Positions 12,606-25,265 of a DNA stretch of 64,000 nucleotides are shown here, piece after piece. Source of the stretch: Haliotis rufescens (taxonomy: Eukaryota); NCBI RefSeq assembly GCF_023055435.1, contig NW_025964372.1, positions 50,654,001 to 50,718,000 of the forward strand. Direction: 5' to 3'. Each line of letters begins with the position of its first letter. Positions within the stretch are counted from its first letter, which is position 1. The notes under the pieces were generated by a model. That model was not told the origin of the DNA, made no database searches, and saw nothing but the letters and a program-made list of their open reading frames with translations. A program made the position numbers and the translations under genes.

Positions 12606-12742
12606 CCTCTTGGGTTGCACAGACCACCTTCGCCCCTTTCGGAAACACATTAAATGGCCTGGCCGGGCCCGTGTGCGAAATACGCATCAGTCGGAAAGCG
12701 CACGTTAAATCTCCAAAGTAAGTAAGTAAGTAAGTAAGTAAG
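12606..12742 (+). mobile_element. Second, very short 5'-truncated copy of the same LINE (3' UTR + tail)
   Basis: Near-exact reverse complement of ~10105-10240. 10-bp TSD TATAAGCGGC at 12596-12605 and 12743-12752. Confidence 0.9.
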
Positions 12743-12759
12743 TATAAGCGGCTACTTAC

Positions 12760-12848
12760 GTCTTCAAAGTTACTGCAGGTCTCATTATGGAGCACACATT
12801 CATTGGTGTTGCGTGCAAAATGACATTTCGGACACTCCAAACAATAGC
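12760..12848 (-). CDS. Exon 2 of Ly6x2-ShKT gene (GYCLECPKCHFARNTNECVLHNETCSNFED)
   Basis: tttcattgcacAG acceptor and GAC|GTAAGT donor, 89 nt, phase 1-0. Confidence 0.85.
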
Positions 12849-13053
12849 CTGTGCAATGAAACAACGTGAAGCGTGATGACACTGTAATTGTGCTGGGGGT
12901 TTCCCTTGACTAAGTATGTACGAGTAAGTGAGTGTGGTTTTACGACGCTTTCGGCAGCTCGGGTTTTCAGCGTGACTAGCCAACGCTGTAACCAGCAGTC
13001 TCCCCGCCAACATCTGTATTTAGTAAGAAGGACGATTTAGTTTGGAGTCGGAT

Positions 13054-13830
13054 GTTTCATTGTATGCCTAAACTGTGAAACCTCCTGACTGACAGTGTCC
13101 AGAATAACGGGGTCCCGACTAACAAGGTTTCATTGTATGGTCTGAACTGTGAAACCTCCTGACTGGCAGTGTCCAGTATAACGAGGTCAAGACTAACAAG
13201 GTTTCATTGTATGACCTGAACTGTGAAACCTCCTGACTGATAGTGTCCAGTATAACGTGGTCCAGACTAACAAGGTTTCATTGTATGGCCTGAACTGTGA
13301 AACCTCCTGACTGACAGTGTCAAGTATAACTAGGTCCAGACTAACAAGGTTTCATGGTATGACCTGAACTGTGAAACCTCCTGACTGACAGTGTCCAGTA
13401 TAACGTGGTCCAGACTAACAAGGTTTCATTGTATGGTCTGAACTGTGAAACCTCCTGACTGACAGTGTCCAGTATAACGAGGTCCAGACTGACAAGGTTT
13501 CATTGTATGACCTGAACTGTGAAACCTCCTGACTGATAGTGTCCAGTATAACGAGAACCAGACTAACAAGGTTTCATTGTATGACCTGAACTGTGAAACC
13601 TCCTGACTGACAGTGTCCAGTATAACGGGGTCCAGACTAACAAGGTTTCAATGTATGACCTGAACTGTGAAACTTCCTGACTGGCAGTGTCCAGTATAAC
13701 GAGGTCCAGACTAACAAGGTTTCATTGTATGGCCTGAACAGTGAAACCTCCTGACTGACAGTGTCCAGAATAACGAGGTCCAGACTAACAAGGTTTCATT
13801 GTATGGCTTGAACTGTGAAACCTCCGACTG
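13054..13830. repeat. 74-bp tandem array, ~10 copies, each unit bounded by short inverted repeats
   Basis: Period 13201->13275. The unit contains ctgtgaaacct ... aggtttcattg. Confidence 0.9.
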
Positions 13831-14332
13831 GTACTTGTTCAACCAAGATTCCGGGGTAGAATAGGTCTTCAGCAACCCACGCTTGCCGTAAAAGGCGACT
13901 ATGCTTGTCGTAAGAGGCGACTAACGGGATCGGGTGGTCAGGCTCGCTGACTTGGTTCAGTGGACCGTTCAATGACAATTTAGAACTCATTAACTTGGAT
14001 GGGGTAATCTATGAGTATCTTCTTCACATGCCATCACCCATATGACATCACCCATATGACATCACCCGTGTAGCATGACATCATCCGTATGGCATGACAT
14101 CACCAATAAGCCAGGATATCATCAGTTACGCAGGACGCCGTCAGTAAGGTGATATCACAATAACAAGTGATGATATCAGTATGCCATGACAGTGAGCCTT
14201 GTCATGATCACTAAGGCATGACACAACCAGTCGGCCATGACATCAGACAGCCATGACATCAGACAGCCATGACATCAGACAGCCATGACATCGTTAGTCG
14301 GTGTCTGTAAGTACCATCAGCATACCTTCTGA

Positions 14333-14487
14333 GAGCGGCCGGGTAGCCTAGTGGTTAAAGCGTTCGCTCGTCACGCCGAAGACCCGGGTTCGATTCCCCA
14401 CATGGATACAATGTGTGAAGCCCATTTCTGATGTCCCCCGCCGTGATATTGCTAAAAGGGGCGTAAAACATACTCACTCACTCACTA
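14333..14487 (+). mobile_element. tRNA-derived SINE family A, full copy
   Basis: A box (tagcctagtggtt), B box (gggttcgattccc) and (ACTC)n tail. 12-bp TSD CATACCTTCTGA at 14321-14332 and 14488-14499. Confidence 0.9.
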
Positions 14488-15741
14488 CATACCTTCTGAA
14501 AATAAAAGAAGCAATGTCCAAAAAGTAAATTTTTCGGACATTGCCATTAGTTTCATATAAACGTTAAATCGTTTCATTTCAGCAAAAGGATTGCTACGCA
14601 CACTATAACAGTCAGACTTACCAGCCGTACCTAACTACAAAAATGACATTGTGTTGGAAGCGTAACCATGCCAACACATTATTGTTTGTCACACACGTCA
14701 ACATAAACAGACCTGAAGTGTCAAAATACTAACACCAAAGACAACCATCCACTGTTCAGCAAAGGTCACGTTTAAGACAGATGCACCCGCATTTCCAATG
14801 GGTTGGTTCGTCATCATGACATGGTATCTGACCTGGCTTAGAAAAGTTCAAACCGACGGTACGTCAGAATCGCGGCGTTTAGGCTCAGTTCGCTATAGCT
14901 CCAGAATATCCCTGCTCTTCTAAATTGTACACATTAGCATAAGTAGGACATACGTCTCTTGGTATGCTTGCTGTGCTGAAATATTTCTTCCCGGATTCAA
15001 AATTCTTATTCTCCTAATTCAATCGCAAGGCCGAAAACCCGGCTTGTCTCAAAACGTAAGAAATTAAATTTTTGTACACAATCCGATCCTATATTAGTAA
15101 ACATGGTTTAATAGTCAGTATAAGATAGCCACGCGATACACAACTTGTGGTCGTTGTTTATCGTACAATAGAACACTCCAGGGATTAAACACCACTCCCG
15201 CTGCCCTCCTCGTGGTTTATTAACTCTGTTATCACGAATGAAGCAAAATGTCGGCCTGTTTTCTGAAAAAAGTCGAACTATGCCCCATATGATAACACAC
15301 TCCCAGATCTTTTCATACCAAGCTGTGCCCGCATCGATTTGTTCTTAAACATATTTGACATATTGTGTCACGGCACTTACATTGGTAGATTGAAACACTT
15401 ATGTCGTGTATAGTCCATAGTGGTCAGCCCTTGTCACAGTGGTACGATAACAACGTACAGTTGTTTACTTAATGAATGGGATTTTGCATGGGGACTGGTT
15501 AGTTTATAAGATGTATATATTTCATTAATTAAAACTACGAGCCAAAATATTTGATAAAAACCATATTGCAACAATGTCTATGGCAGACAATTTTTTTTAT
15601 CAACAATCTGAAGCATCACGAGTCATCAATCAGGAATGACACCGGGTCAGTACCCATGTTAAGGACAGATCAGTCTGTGGGCCAGCCACATTTCACACAA
15701 TATCGATAATATAACCGCTCCGACTCGGCAGGACGCCCGAT

Positions 15742-15997
15742 TGTATGTTGTTTAACGCCGTACTCAGCAGTATTGCAGCTATATGACGGCGGTCTGTAAA
15801 TATTCGAGTCTGGACCAGACAATCCATTGATTGACATCATGAGCATCGATCTACGCAATTGGGATACGATGACATCCATCAACCAAGTCGGCGTGCCTGA
15901 CCACCCGATCCCGTTAGTCGCCTCTTACGTCAAGCATAGTCGCCTTTTACAGCCAGCCTGGTTTGCTGGAGACCTATTCTAACCCGGACCTTCACCG
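15742..15997 (-). mobile_element. SINE-like family B copy whose end seeds the 59-bp array
   Basis: Same sequence recurs at ~53395-53648, 54204-54466, 59395-59643, 59962-60137 and elsewhere. Confidence 0.8.
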
Positions 15998-17170
15998 GTC
16001 GCCTTTTACTGCCAGGTTGGGTTGCTGAAGACCTATTCTAACCCGGACCTTCACGAGTCGCCTTTTACAGCCAGCCTGGGTTGCTGAAGACCTATTCTAA
16101 CCCGGACCTTCACCGGTCGCCTTTTACAGCCAGCCTGGGTTGCTGAAGACCTATTCTAACCCGGACCTTCACGGGTCGCCTTTTACAGCCAGCCTGGTTT
16201 GCTGAAGACCTATTCTAACCCGGACCTTCACGGATCGCCTTTTACAGCAGCCTGGTTTGCTGGAGACCTATTCTAACCCGGACCTTCACGGATCGCCTTT
16301 TACAGCCAGCCTGGTTTGCTGAAGACCTATTCTAACCCGGACCTTCACGGATCGCCTTTTACAGCCAGCCTGGTTTGCTGAAGACCTATTCTAACCCGGA
16401 CCTTCACGGGTCGCCTTTTACAGCCAGCCTGGTTTGCTGAAGACCTATTCTAACCCGGACCTTCACGGGTCGCCTTTTACAGCCAGCCTGGTTTGCTGAA
16501 GACCTATTCTAACCCGGACCTTCACGGGTCGCCTTTTACAGCCAGCCTGGTTCACTTGAGACCTATTCTAACCCGGACCTTCACGGGTCGCCTTTTACAG
16601 CCAGCCTGGTTTGCTGAAGACCTATTCTAACCCGGACCTTCACGGGTCGCCTTTTACAGCCAGCCTGGTTTGCTGAAGACCTATTCTAACCCGGACCTTC
16701 ACGGATCGCCTTTTACAGCCAGCCTGGTTTGCTGGAGACCTATTCTAACCCGGACCTTCACGGATCGCCTTTTACAGCCAGCCTGGTTTGCTGAAGACCT
16801 ATTCTAACCCGGACCTTCACGGATCGCCTTTTACAGCCAGCCTGGTTTGCTGAAGACCTATTCTAACCCGGACCTTCACGGGTCGCCTTTTACAGCCAAC
16901 CTGGTTTGCTGAAGACCTATTCTAACCCGGACCTTCACGGATCGCCTTTTACAGCCAGCCTGGTTTGCTGAAGACCTATTCTAACCCGGACCTTCACGGG
17001 TCGCCTTTTACAGCCAGCCTGGTTTCACTTGAGACCTATTCTAACCCGGACCTTCACGGGTCGCCTTTTACAGCCAGCCTGGTTTGCTGGAGACCTATTC
17101 TAACCCGGACCTTCACGGATCGCCTTTTACAGCCAGCCTGGGTTGCTGAAGACCTATTCTAACCCGGACC
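15939..17170. repeat. 59-bp tandem array, ~21 copies, derived from the end of SINE-like family B
   Basis: Unit gtcgccttttacagccagcctggtttgctgaagacctattctaacccggaccttcacgg; period 16381->16440. Confidence 0.95.
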
Positions 17171-17824
17171 TGTGATACGAAGGACGCGCCCATTGATGAC
17201 TCGAAAAATGCTGCGTCTACATCAAATTTCAGCCAGAGGAGGATGTACGCTGTTAAAACACACCCTTGACTTCATACTAGTGTTTGAGCACTCCAGGGAT
17301 GGACAGTTGGTTGTGTTCTCTGCGGGTGGTGCACGTGCTCCACAGCGAGCTGATCTTTAAATGCACGTTATACGTCGCTTTAGCATGTTCTGTCAACTTT
17401 GGAGTAGGAACGTGTTTTAAGAGGGACATATCCACATAACTCCCCATTCCTTGAAACTCCTCAATTATATTCAAGGAATGGGGAGAAACGAGGAATTCGG
17501 CGCTACATATTCACTCTCGGTGACAATTTATATTTCACAACTGCAGTCATTGGGTCCATCTAAAGGGTCCGTGCCAGTAAGTGCGCTGAGACTGATTGAT
17601 ACCTTTGAGTCACTGTCGGGGGTTACCATGCAGGTCGACAGAGGAGAACACAGCACACAAAACCTCTCATATTTGGACTGTCAATATTGTATAGGTGAGC
17701 TCCAACATTATTCCATTCCCGTTTCAGTCAGAGTTAATAATTCACAGGCGTGTATACACTACATGTCCCCATAAACCATCAGGCCAACGTGCGGTGTAAT
17801 AGCGAGAGAATCGGTCACACATTG

Positions 17825-17978
17825 CTTGTTTGACGCCGCGCTCATCAGTATTCCAGCGATATGACGGCGGGGGACACCAGAAATGGGCTTCACACATAGT
17901 ACCCATGTGGAGAGTCGAACCCGGGTCTTCATCGTTGACGAACGAACGTTTTAACCACTCGACCAGCCTACCGCCCCT
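17825..17978 (-). mobile_element. SINE family A copy
   Basis: Reverse-complement match to the copy at 14333. Confidence 0.75.
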
Positions 17979-18126
17979 CGCGAGTAAGACGTAGGAGGTA
18001 CAACCGCTTGTGGCTTGCTGTGTTCACGTGTGTCCAATAATCAAACAACATGCCTGTTATAACTCAATGAACGTTAATTATTAAACACCATGCAATCAGA
18101 ATTAACCAAGCCAAATCGATACTTAC

Positions 18127-18169
18127 CCACAGCGATGAATACAAGTGTAAAAAAAATACCGAATCCCAT
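18127..18169 (-). CDS. Exon 1 (signal peptide MGFGIFFTLVFIAVG) of Ly6x2-ShKT gene
   Basis: ATG at 18169, hydrophobic 14-mer, TGG|GTAAGT phase-1 donor matching exon 2. The spliced CDS is 819 nt (272 aa) with no internal stop. Confidence 0.75.
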
Positions 18170-18294
18170 AGTGAACGGAAGCAGAAAGACGAATAAGGCA
18201 CGTGGACGATTGTCAAGTAGAGGTTAAATGGCCGTGGGAACGACCATGTTTGAAAAGATAGCATTGGAATTTTAGAACTGATATACACTAATGT

Positions 18295-21200
18295 ACATTA
18301 TAGTACGTCAGGCGAGATTATATCACTGTGTTATACGTCAGACGAGGGTATATCACTGTTTTGTACGCCAGGCGAGGGTATATCACTGTGTTGTACGACA
18401 GACGAGGGTATATCACTGTGTTATACGTCAGGCGAGGGTATATCACTGTTTTGTACGCCAGGCGAGGGTATATCACTCTGTTGTACGACAGACGAGGGTA
18501 TATCACTGTGTTATACGTCAGGCGAGGGTATATCACTGTTTTGTACGCCAGGCGAGGGTATATCACTCTGTTGTACGACAGACGAGGGTATATCACTGTG
18601 TTATACGTCAGGCGAGGGTATATCACTAGTGTTATACGTCAGGCGAGGGTATATCACTAGTGTTATACATCAGACGAGGGTATATCACTGTTTTGTACGC
18701 CAGGCGAGGGTATATCACTCTGTTGTACGACAGACGAGGGTATATCACTGTGTTATACGTCAGGCGAGGGTATATCACTGTTTTGTACGCCAGGCGAGGG
18801 TATATCACTCTGTTGTACGACAGACGAGGGTATATCACTGTGTTATACGTCAGGCGAGGGTATATCACTAGTGTTATACGTCAGGCGAGGGTATATCACT
18901 GTGTTATACGTCAGGCGAGGTTATTTGACTGTGTTATACGTCGGGCGAGGGTATATCACTGTGTTATACGTCAGGCGAGGGTATATCACTAGCGTTATAC
19001 GTCAGGCGAGGGTATATCACTGTGTTATACGTCAGGCGAGGTTATTTGACTGTGTTATACGTCGGGCGAGGGTATATCTCTGTGTTTTATTACCCACGTG
19101 GTGAAGATACAGATGGTAATATACTAAATCCGTACGTCACACGTGTGTTGTTCAAGGTTGACCTTGTTTTATCCGTTTTGATTGGATAACCGTGACCTCT
19201 GTCACACCGGGACTACTTTTTTCATTCATAAAAAAATCGCGAGACGTCATTCATTTTGAAACTACAAGGCAGAACTGAAGAAATAAATGAGAACGAGAGA
19301 TATTTACAAACACTTTATTAAACCAAACAAAATAGTCACACGCATCAAATTCGGTTTGCATTATATATAAGTTATGCATGGAGCTTCTACAGACATTATA
19401 TAATCGAGCTATATCCATTTACACTGTACGACTACCGATCAATAGAGCGAGGGTCCCCATGAGCGTGACGCACCCGACAACTTTCGCAACTTTCAATTTG
19501 ATTTAACGTAAAAGGATAAGCGTGGTGAAATGAAGTCTGTTTAAACTATCTGGACAGATATTTAGACTTACTTGGGATGGTCCGGTTGTGCCACCAGTGT
19601 CCCCTTCGAAGGGTATTTTGTGGCGCTGTTACGGGAGGTGTTGTTCATGAATGAACGTACACGACTGCACGACCAAGATCATTAAAAGTGAACAGTTCTG
19701 ATACAAATAATTCGAAAACTACGTGGAAGTGTGCCTGACTTCTGATTTTGTGGCCCCAAACATCCCAAATGTGAACAATAACATTCCCTATTTCTAACTA
19801 AAACGCTGTGAGTAGGCCTAGATCACGGTTGTCTTTTCTTATTCCGGTGGTGACCTTGCCCTTCGATCGGTCGAAGCTGTCACTGACATGCAAGCAGACT
19901 TGAGTTTGTTGATTTTCACGTCTTCAGTACAGTTAACATGAATGTCTTAGGCGAACACTCGGATATCCCTCTTCCAAAATGGTACGAACATGATATAAAT
20001 TCAGCTAATAGATCAAGGAAACCGAACCATTTTGATTGCACAGACGGGACACCGGCAGTGCGAGTGACCGACTGTTAATCCGATATTCATATCGCGGCGC
20101 TAATGTGACTTTTCAAATTTTCATATAGGTGTCCTTCGTACTAGCAACATGGCCCTTGAATTACCGTAGTTGAAGAATGTCTTCCAAAAGGATCTTGAGC
20201 GTCGGTGTTGTTTTGTTTGCAAACACAACTGCAGGCGCATGTTGTTAATGCGTATGCATAGAAATGTCAACAATGCCCATATTTGGGCATATATCAATAT
20301 TCATGCGCAACCAGATTTTGCAACCGGTTTCAGTTTGGTCTGTCAACGAACGAAAGTTGTTATTTATTTACACTTGAATATATATTTAACGTAGGTAATA
20401 AATAAAATACCACACTCATTCTCGTTAGATACCATTTTTACATAACTCGTGAACTTTCTATGTTATCTGACCTCGCTTTCGCTCGGTCAGATACCATAGA
20501 AAGTCCACTCGTTTCGTAAAAATGGTATCTAACGAGAATGAGTGTAGTATTCTCTATATACGTCAGGCGAGGGTATATGACTGTGTTATACGTCAGGCGA
20601 GGTTATATGACTGTGTTATACGTCAGGCGAGGGTATATCACTAGTGTTATACGTCAGGCGAGGGTATATGACTGTGTTATACGTCAGGCGAGGTTATATG
20701 ACTGTCTTATACGTCAGGCGAGGGTATATCACTAGTGTTATACGTCAGGCGAGGGTATATCACTAGTGTTATACGTCAGGCGAGGGTATATCACTGTGTT
20801 ATACGTCAGGCGAGGTTATATGACTGTGTTATACGTCAGGCGAGGGTATATCACTAGTGTTATACGTCAGGCGAGGGTATATCACTAGTGTTATACGTCA
20901 GGCGAGGGTATATCACTGTGTTATACGTCAGGCGAGGGTATATCACTCTGTTGTACGACAGGCGAGGGTATATCACTGTGTTATACGTCAGGCGAGGTTA
21001 TATGACTGTGTTATACGTCAGGCGAGGGTATATCACTCTGTTGTACGTCAGGCGAGGGTATATCACTAGTGTTATACGTCAGGCGAGGGTATATCACTAG
21101 TGTTATACGTCAGGCGAGGGTATATCACTGTGTTATACGTCAGGCGAGGTTATATGACTGTGTTATACGTCAGGCGAGGGTATATCACTAGTGTTATACG

Positions 21201-23301
21201 TCAGGCGAGGGTATATCACTAGTGTTATACGTCAGGCGAGGGTATATCACTGTGTTATACGCCAGGCGAGGGTATATCACTCTGTTGTACGACAGGCGAG
21301 GGTATATCACTGTGTTATACGTCAGGCGAGGTTATATGACTGTGTTATACGTCAGGCGAGGGTATATCACTAGTGTTATACGTCAGGCGAGGGTATATCA
21401 CTAGTGTTATACGTCAGGCGAGGGTATATCACTGTGTTATACGTCAGGCGAGGTTATATGACTGTTTTATACGTCAGGCGAGGGTATATCACTAGTGTTA
21501 TACGTCAGGCGAGGGTATATCACTAGTGTTATACGTCAGGCGAGGGTATATCACTGTGTTATACGTCAGGCGAGGTTATATGACTGTTTTATACGTCAGG
21601 CGAGGGTATATCACTGTGTTGTACGACAGACGAGGGTATATCACTGTGTTATACGTCCGACGAGGGTATATCACTGTTATATACGACAGACGAGGGTATA
21701 TCACTGTTATATACGTCAGGCGAGGGTATATCACTGTGTTGTTCGACAGACGAGGGTATATTACTGTTTTGTACGACAGACGAGGGTATATCACTGTGTT
21801 AAACAGCAGACGAGGGTATATCACTGTTTTGTACGGCAGACGAGGGTATATCACTGTTTTGTACGACAGACGAGGGTATATCACTGTGTTATACGTCAGG
21901 GTAGGGTATATCACTGTGTTGTACGGCAGACGAGGGTATATCACTGTGTTGTACCTCAGACGAGGGTATATCACTCTTTTGTACGTCAGACGAGGGTATA
22001 TCACTATGTTATACATGTACGACAGACAAGGGTATATCACTGTTTTGTACGCCAGGCGAGGGTATATCACTGTGTTATACGTAAGGCGAGGGTATATCAC
22101 TGTGTTATACGTCAGGCGAGGGTATATCACTGTGTTATACGTCAGGCGAGGGTATATCACTAGTGTTATACGTCAGGCGAGAGTATATGACTGTGTTATA
22201 CGTCAGGGTAGGGTATATCACTGTGTTATACGTCAGGGTAGGGTATATCACTGTGTTGTACGGCAGACAAGGGTATATCACTGTGTTGTACGGCAGACGA
22301 GTGTATATTACTCTTTTGTACGTCAGACGAGGGTATATCACTATGTTATACATGTACGACAGACGAGGGTATATCACTGTTTTGTACGCCAGGCGAGGGT
22401 ATATCACTGTGTTATACGTCAGGCGAGGGTATATCACTGTGTTATACGTCAGGCGAGGGTATATCACTAGTGTTATACGTCAGGCGAGGGTGTATCACTG
22501 TGTTATACGTCAGGCGAGGGTATATCACTAGTGTTATACGTCAGGCGAGGGTATATCACTGTGTTATACGTCAGGCGAGGGTATATCACTAGTGTTATAC
22601 GTCAGGCGAGGGTATATCACTGTGTTATACGTCAGGCGAGGGTATATCACTGTGTTGTACGTCAGGCGAGGGTGTATCAGTGTGTTATACGTCAGGCGAG
22701 GGTATATCACTGTGTTGTACGACAGGCTAGGGTATATCACTGCGTTATACGGCAGACGAGGGTGTATCAGTGTGTTGTACTACATACGAGGGTATATCAC
22801 TGTTTTGTACTCCAGTCGAGGGTATATCCCTGTGTTGAACGGCAGGCGAGGGTATATCACTGTTGTACAACAGCCGAGGGTATATCACTGTATTGTACGA
22901 CAGACGAGGGTATATCACTGCGTTGTACGACAGACGAGGGTATATTAGTGTGTTATACGTCAGGCGAGGGTATATCACTGTGTTATACGTCAGGCGAGGG
23001 TATATCACTGTGTTATACGTCAGGCGAGGGTATATCACTGTGTTATACGTCAGGCGAGGGTATATCACTGTGTTGTACGACAGACGAGGGTATATCACTG
23101 TGTTGCACGACAGGCGAGGGTATATTACTGTGTTATACGACAGGCGAGGGTATATCACTGTGTTGCACGACAGGCGAGGGTATATCACTGTGTTGCACGA
23201 CAGGCGAGGGTATATCACTGTGTTGCACGACAGGCGAGGGTATATCACTGTATTGTACGACAGACGAGGGTATATCACTGTGTTGGACGACAGGCGAGGG
23301 T
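18295..23301. repeat. 30-bp (variant 31-bp) tandem array, ~115 copies, interrupted by a 1.47-kb insertion
   Basis: Unit tatcactgtgttatacgtcaggcgagggta. Confidence 0.95.
19086..20558. mobile_element. Non-autonomous element with a long subterminal palindrome (Crypton-like), inserted in the 30-bp array
   Basis: Splits one array unit at tgtgt^tata. ~146-bp imperfect palindrome at 20406-20551. 14-bp inverted pair tttattacccacgt (19086) / acgtaggtaataaa (20389). No coding region recognised. Confidence 0.55.
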
Positions 23302-24298
23302 AGTCCGACAATCAATGAGTGACGATACCAGGTGTTTGGAAAAGGTAAGCATATCCTGCCCAATCTGTTGCACCCGTCAGAGACACCCGAGGACATAAGG
23401 TACAAGTCAAACTGGGTAACTGGACGCTTTTTGTCACCTGATGCATTAAATGTTCTCCACATGTCTGACATCAAACATTTTGAAAACATTACTTTGGCCT
23501 TGAATGCCGGATCCCTGGTTAAACAACTTTGGGGCAAAAGTCGTATGGCGCTTTTAGAATTCTTCGTAAAAAGAGTATTCTCGATTGAACCTCAAAATGT
23601 TGTGAATGTAGATACCAAAGGTTGAGACTGCTTGGATAGTGCTCGACATAAAGCGTAAGTTGACTGAAGTATAAGTCATCCCTCCTGTCATACAGGCCTC
23701 ATCTTCCCGAGGCAAGAGAGTTAACTGACTTTAAAAGTCCAGTTTCCACCCTTGCCGAACTAGGCTGGAATTACTGGGCTCGATCGTAGCGCCACCAGTG
23801 GCTATTACCAGTTATGTCCCTTCTAAGCCTCTACTATGGACCAATCAGATTCCACCTCTCGTATCAAAATGGTGGCGCCGAGTCAGGACGATCTGATCGA
23901 TAATCAAGATCTATATTGTGATAAAACCGGGTCTTACATCGCGAAATACATCAAATCACGTGAGCACCTTGATTAAAAAGATGAAAAGATTTGGAATAAT
24001 ATCTGTTGACAACGAGTTGGCGGTGCACATGCTTTGCAAATACTGCAGTCGAGCGAAATCTGCACGACAGTTTACGAACCGGATTTCGATTTCGGTTGAT
24101 TGGACTATGCATAGACTCGTTAGTCCAGCCAAACTCCATAATACCAGCCTAGTTCGACAAGGGTGGAAACTGGACTTTTATAGTCAGATAACTCCTTTGC
24201 CTCGGGAAGATGATTTATCTATAGGGGCTGCTAACAAGACGTCCAAGTCAATATCAAGATGTTTTGTTTGTTTGTTATTTAACGCTGCAATGTTCCAG

Positions 24299-24468
24299 CT
24301 ACGGTTATAACGAACACGCTTATAACGAACTGACGGATATAACGAACTAACTTTTTAGTCCCGACTATTTGCTGTAGTTATGCAGTATATATGCTTATAA
24401 CGAACTACGGTTATAACGAACTAAAAATAGTAGTCCCTTTGAGTTCGTTATAACCGTAGTTTACTGTA
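24299..24468. mobile_element. MITE with internal ttataacgaac repeats, nested in a family B SINE
   Basis: Inverted repeats ctacggttataacgaac / gttcgttataaccgtag. Confidence 0.7.
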
Positions 24469-24600
24469 AATAACCAGGTCGGAACCAGTGGTTGACAAAA
24501 TGAGCATCGATCCACGCAATTGCGATACGATGTTATGGAATTAGTCACGTCACCGAGCCTGACCACCTGACCCATGAAGCCCAGTTCTGATATGTTTGGG

Positions 24601-25265
24601 TCAATTACGGGCTAACAAGCCCCCCAGGTAAATTCCAAGATGACGAGTTATGTTTAATTGTGAATGCGGTTGAATTTGCACAGTTTTCGCACCATCCATC
24701 TGGAGAAGAACCGACAACGGCCTTTTTGTGTCAATCTCTGTGAAGGAAATAAATGTCTTCGCTTCATCCACATCAATGGCTGTTATCTGTTTCCCAATAA
24801 AATCTACCAGAAATCCTATATAGAAAGTCCATTGTGTATTTCTTTTCTTCGCAGGAGCCGGATCACTAATGAATTGGTAATCTTTTCCTTCTGCGAACGT
24901 TCTTCTGTGTTGCATTGCCTTCGCAGACATCGCTATTTTCCCGAATTTATCCAATGTTAGGGAGATGGAGCAACTATGTTTGTCATATTGAATTAATTTT
25001 CTAATGTTATTATTGATACTGATGTGAGGTTTGTGAGAAAAAACGACAGTGAGGAGCTTGCCGGGGGTCCGTGTGGGTATTGTCGTGGCGAGAACCCAGT
25101 ACAGCGGTTGTGGCCCAGTCAGTTCCTTGTTTGCCATGACACATTTGCGGTAGGGAAGAGGGTGCTTTGCTAGCCGTGTACGCCTGTACGATTGTTTTAC
25201 CACCCCATTGTCATCCACAACGATTCCATAGCTGACAGCGTTGAAGTCAAAAGAGAAATCAGCCC
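24601..25265 (-). CDS. Terminal exon encoding a divergent B30.2/SPRY-like domain
   Basis: tttttttcAG acceptor, phase 1, 665 nt open to TGA. FSFDFNAV and IGFLVDFIGKQITAIDVDEAKTFISFTEIDTKRPL resemble PRY/SPRY motifs (by eye only). Confidence 0.55.

Noticed and set aside
10046-12742. A single TIR transposon bounded by the ~135-bp inverted repeats
   Set aside because: Each repeat has its own TSD and tail, so these are two LINE insertions.
12756-13013. MLAGRLLVTALA as the signal peptide of the Ly6 gene
   Set aside because: It overlaps a degenerate SINE A copy and is not in frame with exon 2.
14333-14410. tRNA genes at A/B-box sequences
   Set aside because: They are heads of multi-copy SINEs with tails and TSDs; no complete cloverleaf was recognised.
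14622-14712. 91-nt segment with good AG/GT sites in intron 1
   Set aside because: Inclusion would shift the frame and there is no recognisable motif. It could be a poison exon, but nothing supports that.
23310-23620. Non-repetitive ORF running into the 30-bp array
   Set aside because: No recognisable domain or splice context; the faint resemblance to the SPRY-like exon is unconvincing.
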